From positions 1 through 40,445 of the forward strand of contig JBJTPA010000133.1 in assembly GCA_046074885.1 (NCBI GenBank): 40,445 nucleotides of DNA, given 5' to 3'. The stretch is from Planctomycetaceae bacterium (GTDB lineage: Bacteria > Planctomycetota > Planctomycetia > Pirellulales > UBA1268). Below, one piece after another: positions 1-16,117 of the stretch. How positions within the stretch are numbered: position 1 is the first letter of the stretch; each line of letters begins with the position of its first letter. Under the pieces are notes generated by a model. It was not told the DNA's origin. It saw only the letters and a program-made list of their open reading frames with translations, and did no database searches. Position numbers and translations under genes: made by a program.

Positions 1-471
1 CTGGGCCGCCTCGACGCGCAGACGACCACGCAGCTGCGGCAGCAGCTGCGGAAGAAGCGGATCCACCTCCAGCTCGTGAAGAACAGCCTGGCGCAGCGGG
101 TCGTGGCGGGTACGCCGCTCGAGCCTGCGTTCGCGAAGGCCGAGGGCATGCTGGCCGTCGCCTGGGGCGGCGAGGACGTCGTCGATCTTGCGAAGGAGCT
201 GGACCGCCTCGCCGGGGTCAAGGACTTCGAGGGCTTCGAGTGCCGGGGTGGCGCCCTGGACGGCTCGCGGCTCGAGCCCGCCGACGTGAAGCGGGTGGCG
301 AAGTGGCCGACCCGGGCGGAGCAGCTGTCGGTGCTCTCCGGGCAGATCTCGTCCCTGGCCGGCCGGCTGGCGGGCCAGATCGCCGCGGCCGGCGGCGTCC
401 TGGCCGGGCAGATCAAGTCCCGGGCCGAGGACCTCGAAAAGGCGGCCGGCGGCGAGGCTCCGGCGGCGTGA
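1..471 (+). CDS. rplJ: 50S ribosomal protein L10, 5'-truncated by window edge
   Basis: Frame 1 is open from nt 1 (LGRLDAQTTTQLRQQLRKKRIHLQLVKNSLAQR...), so track ORF 76..471 is only the part after an internal GTG. L10-like core with an Ala/Gly-rich C-terminal helix. Lies directly upstream of rplL-rpoB-rpoC. Confidence 0.85.
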   Translation: MGRLDAQTTTQLRQQLRKKRIHLQLVKNSLAQRVVAGTPLEPAFAKAEGMLAVAWGGEDVVDLAKELDRLAGVKDFEGFECRGGALDGSRLEPADVKRVAKWPTRAEQLSVLSGQISSLAGRLAGQIAAAGGVLAGQIKSRAEDLEKAAGGEAPAA

Positions 472-572
472 GGCGGGGTCCCGCCGGGGTTTTCCCGCGC
501 GGGGCTTCACTCTGGCGAAACACGTGGTAAGACATAGGGCTCCCCTCTTTTTCCGTGAAAGGATCTCGAGCG

Positions 573-1001
573 ATGGCAACGGCTGAAGCGACGCGTGAAT
601 TCTCCAAGGAGACCAAGGATCTTGGCGACAAGATCGTCGGTCTGACCCTCAAGGCGGCGAAGGAGCTGTCGGACTACCTCGACGAGGTCCACGGGATCAA
701 GCCGGCCGCGGGCGGCGCGGTCATGATGGCCGCTCCGGCCGGTGGCGCCGGCGGTGCCGCCGGCGGCGGCGAGGCGGCTGCCGAGAAGACCGAGTTCGAC
801 GTCGTGCTGGAGAGTTATCCGGCCGACGCGAAGATCGGCATCATCAAGGTCGTCCGCGCCGCCACGGGCCTGGGCCTCAAGGAGGCCAAGGATCTGGTCG
901 AGGGCGCCCCGGCGAAGGTCAAGGAGGGTATCTCCAAGGCCGACGCCGAGAAGCTGAAAAAGGAACTGGAGGAGGCGAAGGCGAAGGTCGCGATCAAGTA
1001 G
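573..1001 (+). CDS. rplL: 50S ribosomal protein L7/L12
   Basis: N-terminal dimerisation helix, Ala/Gly hinge ([19 protein letters not shown]), then C-terminal domain [69 protein letters not shown] 573 preferred over the in-frame GTG 555 of the ORF track; start uncertain. Confidence 0.92.
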   Translation: MATAEATREFSKETKDLGDKIVGLTLKAAKELSDYLDEVHGIKPAAGGAVMMAAPAGGAGGAAGGGEAAAEKTEFDVVLESYPADAKIGIIKVVRAATGLGLKEAKDLVEGAPAKVKEGISKADAEKLKKELEEAKAKVAIK

Positions 1002-1017
1002 CGAAACCGTCTTGATT

Positions 1018-1050
1018 TCCGGGTTCCGGCCGAGTGGTTGGCCGCCCGGA
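1018..1050 (+). terminator. Possible rplL-rpoB intercistronic hairpin (attenuator-like)
   Basis: TCCGGG(1018-1023)/CCCGGA(1045-1050) outer stem and CGGCC(1027-1031)/GGCCG(1040-1044) inner stem. Followed by an unusually AT-rich stretch (GTTGAAACGGTATAGTATTTG). A partial terminator is known at this position in the E. coli operon. No clean U-tract. Confidence 0.25.
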
Positions 1051-1283
1051 GTTGAAACGGTATAGTATTTGCGTCCCTCGTCGCCGCCCCTTGCCCAGCC
1101 CGCCCGTCCTGTCATTGCCGTGGTCGTTCCGTCCGGCGCCCGTGTCGGGCCGGCGGGGCGACGAGCCTGTTCCCGGTTCGGTCGCCGCGCCCCGTCGCCG
1201 GCTCGCCGCCCCGGGAGCCTGACGCCTCCGCGGCCTCCGCGCCGCGCGGCGTTCGCCGCACACTTCCGAGGAGCATCCTGTTC

Positions 1284-5045
<3,762 letters not shown>

Positions 5046-5110
5046 CGAGCGTTCGGCGTCGGATGGCAGTGTGTTCGGGCGCGTTCGGAAAATACAAAGG
5101 GAGATGACAC

Positions 5111-9424
<4,314 letters not shown>

Positions 9425-9553
9425 ACGCGGATGCGGGCCGGCGGAGCGTGGAACGTCCGCGTGGGGCGGCGGCTTCTGGAACCGGCCCGGCAGGCGCCGT
9501 AGAGTGATCCGACCCCGGCGGACCGGGTCGTGGCACGAGGCGAAGCAGCCGGC

Positions 9554-10498
9554 ATGAGCGGCACGAGACAGCGGCGGAACTGGGTCGTCCTCGAGGCGGA
9601 ATCGACGCCCGTCGGACGCGTCGCCGCCCGCACGATCCGCGCCCGGCTCGAGGCCGTCTGGACGGAGCTGCGGGCGGCGGTGCGCGGGCCGGTGGACGCG
9701 GAGAGCGTGCACCGGCTGCGGGTGGCGACGCGGCGGACGCTCGCGGCCTTCGAGGCGTTCGCCGACCTCCTCCCCGGGAAGCGCACCGCCTGGTTCTCCC
9801 GACGGTTGCGTGAACTGCGGCGGGTCGCGGGTGACGCGCGAGACCTCGACGTGCTCACGGGCCGGCTGGCCGCCCGGCCACCCACGGACGCCGGCCTCAA
9901 ATCCAAGGCCGCGGCGGCCCGCGGCCGGCTCGTCGCCATGCTCGCCCGGCAGCGCGACGTCTCGCGCGAACCGATCCGCGACCTCCACGACCGGCTCGCC
10001 GCGGCCGGCTGGGAGGAGCGGGTCGAGGAGTTTCTCGCCCGGATCCCGTCGGGGTCGCGGCAGCCGTCGTTCGCGGCATACGCCCGGGAGTGCTTCGCGC
10101 CGCTCGTGGATCGCTTCTTCGCCAAGGCCGACCGCCGGCTCCGCGACGACGACGACGTCCACCGGCTGCGGATCGCCGGCAAGAAACTCCGCTACGCGCT
10201 CGAGATCTTCGCGCCGGTGGTTCCGCAACGCGCCCGCGCCCGCTGCCAGGACGCCCTCGAGCGGCTGCAGCACGTGCTCGGCGAGTTCACCGACCACGCC
10301 TCGGCCGCCGACCGCTTCCAACGGCTCGCCCGCGACGGCCGTACGGGCCTCGACCAGGAGGCGATCGACGACCTGCGGCGCGTCGAGGCGGCCGCGGCCG
10401 CGGAGGCGCGGAAAGCCTTCGTGCGCTGGTGGGACCGCGAGCGCCGTCGCGACCTGCGGCGGACGATCGAGCGATCCATCGGCCGGCGGTCGGCATGA
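9554..10498 (+). CDS. CHAD domain-containing protein
   Basis: Repeated CHAD-type histidine helices: VHRLRVATRRTLAAFEAF, RDLDVL, VHRLRIAGKKLRYALEIFAPV, LQHVLGEFTDH. ATG 9554 or in-frame GTG 9530. Confidence 0.8.
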   Translation: MSGTRQRRNWVVLEAESTPVGRVAARTIRARLEAVWTELRAAVRGPVDAESVHRLRVATRRTLAAFEAFADLLPGKRTAWFSRRLRELRRVAGDARDLDVLTGRLAARPPTDAGLKSKAAAARGRLVAMLARQRDVSREPIRDLHDRLAAAGWEERVEEFLARIPSGSRQPSFAAYARECFAPLVDRFFAKADRRLRDDDDVHRLRIAGKKLRYALEIFAPVVPQRARARCQDALERLQHVLGEFTDHASAADRFQRLARDGRTGLDQEAIDDLRRVEAAAAAEARKAFVRWWDRERRRDLRRTIERSIGRRSA

Positions 10499-11673
10499 GA
10501 CGCCATCGGCCCGCCGCCGCCAAGAGCGGGCCGGGCGCCCTCTTCGCCGCCGTCCTGACCGGCGTCGCGATCGTGACAGTCCTGGGGCTCGTCGGCCGCT
10601 GGGCGGCCGGGCGACGCCCTGCGACGGCGACTCGACCGGCATCGGAGGCCACCGCGGCCGTCGTCGGGTTGCGAGAGACGCTGCCCGGAGCGGCCGCCGC
10701 CCCGTCACCGGCTCCCGAGGGCATGGTGTGGATCCCGGGCGGAGAGTTCTCGATGGGCTGCACGGACCCGCGCGGCATGCCCTTCGGCGGCACCGACCCG
10801 ATGGCGGACGCGCGGCCGATCCACCGCGTCCGCGTCGGCGGCTTCTGGATGGACGCGACCGAGGTGACGAACGACCAGTTCGCCGCCTTCGTGACCGACA
10901 CCGGGTACGTGACGGTCGCCGAGCGCCCGCCGCGGGCCGAGGACTTCCCCGACGCGCCGCCGGAGAACCTCGTGGCCGGCTCGATCGTGTTCACGCCGCC
11001 GGATCGCCCCGTGCCGCTTCGCGACGCGACCGGCCAGGCGCACCTCCAGTGGTGGGCCTACGTGCCGGGCGCCAACTGGCGGCATCCGTCCGGGCCCGCC
11101 AGCGACCTCGCGGGCCGCGGTCGCGAGCCGGTCGTCCACGTGGCCTTCGAGGACGCCGAGGCTTTCGCCCGCTGGGCCGGCAGGCGGCTCCCCACGGAGG
11201 CCGAGTGGGAGTTCGCGGCCCGCGGCGGGCTGACGGGCCAGCCGTATCCGTGGGGCGAAGAGTTCAAGCCCGGCGGCCGATGGATGGCGAACACCTGGCA
11301 GGGCCGCTTCCCCGGCGAGAACACGGCCGCCGACGGCTTCGCCGGCCTCGCGCCGGTCGGCTCGTTCCCGGCCAACGGCTACGGCCTCCACGACGTGTCG
11401 GGCAACGTCTGGGAGTGGTGCGCCGACTGGTATCGCCCCGACACCTACGCGGTCGATGCCGGTCCCGACGGCGCGCAGGTCGCCGCGGATCCGCGCGGGC
11501 CTTCCGCCAGTTTCGACCCGCAGGAGCCGGGCCAGCCGAAGCGCGTGCAGCGGGGCGGCTCGTATCTCTGCAGCGACCAGTACTGCTCCCGCTACATCGT
11601 GGGCACGCGCGGCAAGGGCGAGATCTCGAGCGCCACGAACCACATCGGCTTCCGGTGCGTGAAGGAGCCGTAG
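10495..11673 (+). CDS. Formylglycine-generating enzyme (FGE/SUMF1 family), N-terminal membrane anchor
   Basis: GMVWIPGGEFSMGC, HRVRVGGFWMDATEVTNDQFAAFV, LPTEAEWEFAARGG, GNVWEWCADWY, and the catalytic Cys pair in RGGSYLCSDQYCSRY. ATG 10495 overlaps the CHAD stop (ATGA). The track ORF start at 10090 is an upstream alternate-frame extension into the CHAD gene. Confidence 0.88.
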   Translation: MRRHRPAAAKSGPGALFAAVLTGVAIVTVLGLVGRWAAGRRPATATRPASEATAAVVGLRETLPGAAAAPSPAPEGMVWIPGGEFSMGCTDPRGMPFGGTDPMADARPIHRVRVGGFWMDATEVTNDQFAAFVTDTGYVTVAERPPRAEDFPDAPPENLVAGSIVFTPPDRPVPLRDATGQAHLQWWAYVPGANWRHPSGPASDLAGRGREPVVHVAFEDAEAFARWAGRRLPTEAEWEFAARGGLTGQPYPWGEEFKPGGRWMANTWQGRFPGENTAADGFAGLAPVGSFPANGYGLHDVSGNVWEWCADWYRPDTYAVDAGPDGAQVAADPRGPSASFDPQEPGQPKRVQRGGSYLCSDQYCSRYIVGTRGKGEISSATNHIGFRCVKEP

Positions 11674-11686
11674 CGGGTTCCATTGT

Positions 11687-11933
11687 TCTCTGCGCCCAAC
11701 CCGGCTTCGGGCATCCCTGTAACCCTGTTCGACACGCCCAACCGGCTCGGGTCCGCCCATGCCCCGTCGCCGGACGCTCGCTTCGGGCATCCTGCCCTCC
11801 GCGTACTCCGTGCTGTCTGCGCTTCGCCATCCTGGCGAAGCGCAGCGGACATGCAGAGAGCCGAGGCCTGGAGGGCCGAGGCGAACGTCCCGCGAGAGGG
11901 TGTGGGCAGTCCCGAGCCGGGTTGGGCGCGAGA
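11687..11933. repeat. Structured intergenic element bounded by ~25-bp imperfect inverted repeats, with a central perfect 12-bp hairpin
   Basis: Left arm TCTCTGCGCCCAACCCGGCTTCGGG (11687-11711). Right arm CCCGAGCCGGGTTGGGCGCGAGA (11911-11933). 15-nt perfect core: 11692-11706 versus 11915-11929. Internal partial direct copies occur at 11735-11752 and 11781-11795. Hairpin CTGCGCTTCGCC/GGCGAAGCGCAG at 11817-11845 with a 5-nt loop. Confidence 0.5.
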
Positions 11934-11955
11934 CCATGATCACCTGAAGCCGGAC

Positions 11956-13758
11956 CTACTTCATCAACTTCTTGAGACCCGCGAGCGTGCGGGTGTTGGC
12001 GACGTCCTTGGCCTCGAGGCCGGCGCGGCGGGCTTGGAGGATGCCGCAGCGCATCACGTCGAGACCCTTCGTCGAGTGGGCGTCGGTCGAGATCACGAGC
12101 TTCACGCCGGCCCGCTTCGCGGCCGCGGCGAGGCGGTCGTCGAGGTCGAGCCGCCAGGGGTTCGCGTTGATCTCGAGGAAGGTGCCGGTCCGCGCCGCGG
12201 CCTCGATCATCGCCTCGACGTCCACGTCGTAGGCCGGGCGGCGGTTGATGAGCCGGCCCGTCGGATGGCCGATCACGCTCACGTGCGGGTTCTCGATCGC
12301 CTCGAGGATCCGCTTCGTGATCCGCTCCCGCGGCTGGTTCTGGCCGTAGTGCAGGCTGGCCACCACCCAGTCGGCCTGCGCGAGCACGTCGTCGGGCAAG
12401 TCGAGGCCGCCCTTCTCGAGGATGTCCACCTCGATGCCCTTGAGCACGACGACGGGAGGCGTCCCGTCCTCGGCCAGCGACTCGTTGAGCCGGTCGATCT
12501 CGCCCCATTGCCGCAGGAGCCGCCGCCGGTCGAGGCCATTCGCCATCGTCACCCGCTGGCCGTGGTCGGTGATCGCCAGGTAGGAGAGCCCCCGTGCGAT
12601 CGCGGCCCGCACCATGTCGGCGAGCGTGTCCTCGCCGTCCGTCGCGGTCGTGTGCATGTGGAGGTCGCCGCGGATGTCGTCGAGGCCGACGAGGTGGGGC
12701 AGGTCGCCCGCCTCGGCGAGACGGATCTCGTCGCCCCCCTCGCGGAGCTCGGGCGGGATCCAGGGCAGGCCGACGGCCCGGTAGACGTCCTCCTCGCTCC
12801 GCCCGGCCAGGCTCCGTGCCTGCGTCGATGGGGTCGCGTCGTCGGCTTCAGCATCCAGGGCCAGCCGCCAGACGCCGTACTCGTTGATCGTGAGCCCGCG
12901 GTCGCGGGCCCGCGACCGCAGCCGCACGTTGTGCTCCTTCGAGCCCGTGAAGTACTGCAGCGCTGCGCCGAAGGACTCCGCGGCCACGACCCGCAGGTCG
13001 ATCTGCACGCCCCGCGGGCCCCGGATGCTCGTCTTCGTTTCGCCACGCAGGAGGACGGCGGAGGTCTCCTTCCAGCGGTGCAGGTGGTCCATCACGGCCG
13101 CGGGCTCGTCGGAGTCCGCGACGATGTCGAGGTCGCCCACCGTCTCCCGCCCCCGCCGCCAGCTGCCCGCCCCCTCGACCCGCCGCACCGCCGGGCACTC
13201 CCGCATCCACTCGAGCAGCGGCCCGACCACGGCGTCGGCCTCGGCCCACAGGAGCCGCGCGTGCTCCGGGCTCTTCGCGAACGCGATGTTCTCGAGGATC
13301 GCCGCCTGGGTCTTCGCGCCGAAGCCCTTCACCTCGGCCACCCGCCCGTCGCGGCAGGCCTGCTCGAGCGCCTCGAGCGAATCGACCCCGAGCCCGTCGA
13401 CGAGGGCCTTCACCTTCTTGGGGCCCAGGCCCGGCACCCGCATGAGCTCGAAGACGACGGCCGGCACCTCGCGGGCGAGCTCGTCGAGGAGCGGGAGCTT
13501 CCCGGTGTCGAGGAGCGTGCCGATCTTGGCCGCGAGGTCGGTGCCGATGCCCTCGAGATCGGTGAGCGACCGGCCGGGGTCCGCCCGCACCGCGGCGAGC
13601 GACTCGACCATGCCGTTGATCGTCCGGGCGGCGGTGCGGTAGGCCCGCACGCGGAACACGTTCTCCCCGCGGTACTCGAGGAGGTCCGCCACGTGGTCGA
13701 AGGCGGCGGCGATGTCGGCGTTCGTCACGGGCGGCTCGCGGCGCGGGTGGCGCCGCAA
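11956..13758 (-). CDS. polX: DNA polymerase X family protein with C-terminal PHP (3'-5' exonuclease/phosphoesterase) domain
   Basis: N-terminal HhH and Pol-beta-like region (NADIAAAFDHVADLLEYRGENVFRVRAYRTAAR, GIGTDLAAKI, VPGLGPKKVKAL, GSWRRGRETVGDLDIV). PHP motifs GDLHMHTTATDGE, AITDHG, SLHYG, VIGHPTGR, STDAHS. An alternative GTG start at 13728 is possible. Confidence 0.9.
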   Translation of the reverse strand: MRRHPRREPPVTNADIAAAFDHVADLLEYRGENVFRVRAYRTAARTINGMVESLAAVRADPGRSLTDLEGIGTDLAAKIGTLLDTGKLPLLDELAREVPAVVFELMRVPGLGPKKVKALVDGLGVDSLEALEQACRDGRVAEVKGFGAKTQAAILENIAFAKSPEHARLLWAEADAVVGPLLEWMRECPAVRRVEGAGSWRRGRETVGDLDIVADSDEPAAVMDHLHRWKETSAVLLRGETKTSIRGPRGVQIDLRVVAAESFGAALQYFTGSKEHNVRLRSRARDRGLTINEYGVWRLALDAEADDATPSTQARSLAGRSEEDVYRAVGLPWIPPELREGGDEIRLAEAGDLPHLVGLDDIRGDLHMHTTATDGEDTLADMVRAAIARGLSYLAITDHGQRVTMANGLDRRRLLRQWGEIDRLNESLAEDGTPPVVVLKGIEVDILEKGGLDLPDDVLAQADWVVASLHYGQNQPRERITKRILEAIENPHVSVIGHPTGRLINRRPAYDVDVEAMIEAAARTGTFLEINANPWRLDLDDRLAAAAKRAGVKLVISTDAHSTKGLDVMRCGILQARRAGLEAKDVANTRTLAGLKKLMK

Positions 13759-13785
13759 GTGTACGCGCCGCGGACGGGCGGTGCG

Positions 13786-14805
13786 TCAGCGCGGGAGCCG
13801 CGTCGGCAGCGCGGCCGTCGGGTAGGCCGGGGGGAACGTCGCCGGGAAGCCGACATCGACGGCGGGCTGCCACGACGTCGTGTGGCTGGACGGCTCGAGG
13901 AGCCGCGGGATGGCGCGGCTGGCGCCCGTCGGGCCGGCGCCCGGGCCGGCCGGCTGGGGAGCCAACACGTTCGTGCCCGACGTGATCGCACCCGGCGCGA
14001 GGCTCGGGGGCGCGATGCCGGCCGCCGATCCGGACGTGGTCGTCCGCGGCAACTCGGGGATCGGCTTGAGTGACGGCGCCGGCGAGAGCGCCGGGGGCGA
14101 GGTCGGCTGCGGCTGGACGGGCACCGTGGCCTGCGGGAGGTACGTGCCGCCCTGCGGCACCACCTGGGTCGCCGGGTAGCCGGTCGCGGGCAGGGCCGGC
14201 GGGCTGATGCTCGGCTGGCCGGGCACGAGTTGCTGCGGCACGTCGGCGGCCGCGGGCGCCCAGCCGGTCGGCGCGGGCTGGGCCGCGGGCGCCGCCGGCG
14301 TCGCGAACGGGCTCGCGGCGGTCGCGGCAGGACCGGGCAGTGCCGGGGCGGCCGGGTAGGCCGGGGCCCCGTAGCCGGGCTGCATCTGCACGTACTTGGT
14401 CGTGGTCACCGCGCGGTACTGCGTGACGGGCACGTTGACGGCCTGCTGCACGTACTGCGTCACCGGCTGCATGCACTCGGACGGGCAGCCGGTGCAGGGG
14501 TCGATCTCGCACGACGGCTTGTAGGTCGTGACGGGCACGCACTGGTACTGCGTGCGGTAGGTCGTCTCCGGGACGTAGCTCGTTGTCGCCACCGGCACCA
14601 TGACGGGCGCCGGGGGCGCCGCGATCGGCGCGGCCACGGGGGCCATGATCGGGGCCGGCGCGACGGCGTAGGGGGGCGCCTTGCGGAAGCAGGAGCCGCA
14701 GCCGGCGAACAGCGCGCTCAGGCAGCACTCCTGGGCGGCCGCGGAGGCCGCCGTCGTGGCGACGGCCACCGCCATCAGGATCCGGGTCATCCGCTTCGCG
14801 TTCAT
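13786..14805 (-). CDS. Secreted Cys-/Pro-rich protein of unknown function
   Basis: Signal peptide MNAKRMTRILMAVAVATTAASAAAQE. Cys cluster (CCLSALFAGCGSCF ... CEIDPCTGCPSEC). Repeated (V/T)T(Q/T)Y-type short motifs (TTYRTQYQCVPVTTYKP, VTQYVQQAVNVPVTQYRAVTTTKYVQ). Long Pro/Ala-rich tail. Start set at ATG 14805 rather than the track start 14841. Confidence 0.7.
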   Translation of the reverse strand: MNAKRMTRILMAVAVATTAASAAAQECCLSALFAGCGSCFRKAPPYAVAPAPIMAPVAAPIAAPPAPVMVPVATTSYVPETTYRTQYQCVPVTTYKPSCEIDPCTGCPSECMQPVTQYVQQAVNVPVTQYRAVTTTKYVQMQPGYGAPAYPAAPALPGPAATAASPFATPAAPAAQPAPTGWAPAAADVPQQLVPGQPSISPPALPATGYPATQVVPQGGTYLPQATVPVQPQPTSPPALSPAPSLKPIPELPRTTTSGSAAGIAPPSLAPGAITSGTNVLAPQPAGPGAGPTGASRAIPRLLEPSSHTTSWQPAVDVGFPATFPPAYPTAALPTRLPR

Positions 14806-14904
14806 CACAGGCACCTCCTCGATCGCCCGTCGGACCCGCACGGTCGGATTCCGGCCGGATCCACGGACATTCCTAGCGTAGGTCGCCTGCGACCGGGGTT
14901 CCGC

Positions 14905-14941
14905 AAAAAAAGCCGCCCTGGTTCGTGAATCCGGCGAACCC
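14905..14941 (-). terminator. Possible intrinsic terminator downstream of the 15-17.8 kb operon
   Basis: On the minus strand: GGTTCG-CCGGATTCA-CGAACC hairpin, then AGGGCGGC and a T7 run (A7 at 14905-14911 on the plus strand). A T7 run is very rare in this sequence. The 8-nt stem-to-U-tract spacing is not ideal. Confidence 0.3.
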
Positions 14942-15077
14942 GCGCCGCACGATCGGCGCGTCGTGCGCGACCGTCACCACCGGCCCGCCGGCGATCCGCC
15001 AGGAACCGGGATTCACGCACCTGGCCCGTGGTTGTGGGCGCCGGCACCGTGGGGGTCGCCGCCCGGGGTGCGGATCG

Positions 15078-15686
15078 TCACCGCGCGCGGGCGCGCCGCT
15101 CGAAGCGGTCGTAGAGGTCGTAGAGCGCCTCGCGGACGTCGCCGCGGTGCCGCCGGAACGCCCGCTCCACGTCGGCGCCGTCGATCAGGCCGCCGTGCGG
15201 GGGCAGGTCCTCCACGAGCCGGGCGAGCAGGTCGGGGCTCGTCTCGCACCGCACGAGCATCGTCATGCCGGTCGGACGGTGGCTCGTCACGAGCAGGCCG
15301 ACCCCGCGCCGCCATGCGGTCCAGCGGACCGCCACGGCCCACGTGCGACCGAGGGCCTCCCAGCTGTCGATGCAGAGCGTCGTGCCCGGCGGTGCCCCGC
15401 GGACCGCGCGGAGCACGCCGGGTCCGTCGGCCGGGGACCGCGGCCTGACGAGTCCGGCGAGGTCGCGGTCGTCCACGAGGCGGTCGGCCAGCGCCCGAAG
15501 CAGGTTCGTCTTGCCCGCACCGTGGGGACCCTCGATCGCAGCCCGCCCCGCCGCCCGCAAGCGGACGAGCAGCGCCGCGAGGTCGAGCGGGTCGCCCCGC
15601 GCGTTCCGCGGCGCGAGCCGGCCGGGAGCCGTGTGCCTCGTGGCGAACGGATTGCGCGGCACGGCGGCGGTGGACGTGCCGGTCAC
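15078..15686 (-). CDS. Small P-loop NTPase (AAA/DnaA-Hda-like core), function unknown
   Basis: Walker A GPHGAGKT, Walker B-like TLCIDSWE, sensor-1-like LLVTSHRP, helical C-terminus. GTG start at 15686 overlaps the upstream stop (GTGA). The track ORF 15078..16196 extends spuriously upstream. Confidence 0.75.
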   Translation of the reverse strand: MTGTSTAAVPRNPFATRHTAPGRLAPRNARGDPLDLAALLVRLRAAGRAAIEGPHGAGKTNLLRALADRLVDDRDLAGLVRPRSPADGPGVLRAVRGAPPGTTLCIDSWEALGRTWAVAVRWTAWRRGVGLLVTSHRPTGMTMLVRCETSPDLLARLVEDLPPHGGLIDGADVERAFRRHRGDVREALYDLYDRFERRARAR

Positions 15687-16117
15687 GACGTGGTCTCCTC
15701 GGCCGGCGCCCGCGCCGGCGGCACCCCGCCGACGTCGAAGACGTGCTCGGAGACGTAGTCCCGGCCGCCGGCAAAGAATACGCGGACCCGCACGCACCAG
15801 CGGATCTTCACGATGATCCCCTCGTAGGAGAGCGGGCTCGGGGGCAGCCGCGTGTTGAACGTGCCGCCCGCGAGCGCCGCGCGGAGCGGCCCCCGCTCGG
15901 TTATCCGCTCGAAGGCGTGGACGAACAGGTCCTCCTCTCCCTTGCCCTCGGTGTACCAGGCGACCGACAGCTCGAGCGCGCGGACGGACTCGGGATCGAC
16001 GCCGCCCACGCGGTAGCGCACCCCGAGCGAGTCGCCCGGATCGTAGCGGCGGCCGGGCCGGTCGTGCTGCAATTCGACGACGGGCGCGACGCGGCCCGGC
16101 TCGGGCGGGAGGCTCAC
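15683..16117 (-). CDS. Beta-rich 144-aa protein, Spo0M/arrestin-N-like pattern (tentative)
   Basis: VSLPPEPGRVAPVVELQHDRPGRRYDPGDSLGVRYRV...LELSVAWYTEGKGEEDLFVHAF...FNTRLPPSPLSYEGIIVKIRWCVRVRVFF. GTG 16117 overlaps the stop of the upstream membrane-protein gene (GTGA). Only the last 144 codons of track ORF 15683..17257 are taken as real. Confidence 0.65.
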   Translation of the reverse strand: MSLPPEPGRVAPVVELQHDRPGRRYDPGDSLGVRYRVGGVDPESVRALELSVAWYTEGKGEEDLFVHAFERITERGPLRAALAGGTFNTRLPPSPLSYEGIIVKIRWCVRVRVFFAGGRDYVSEHVFDVGGVPPARAPAEETTS

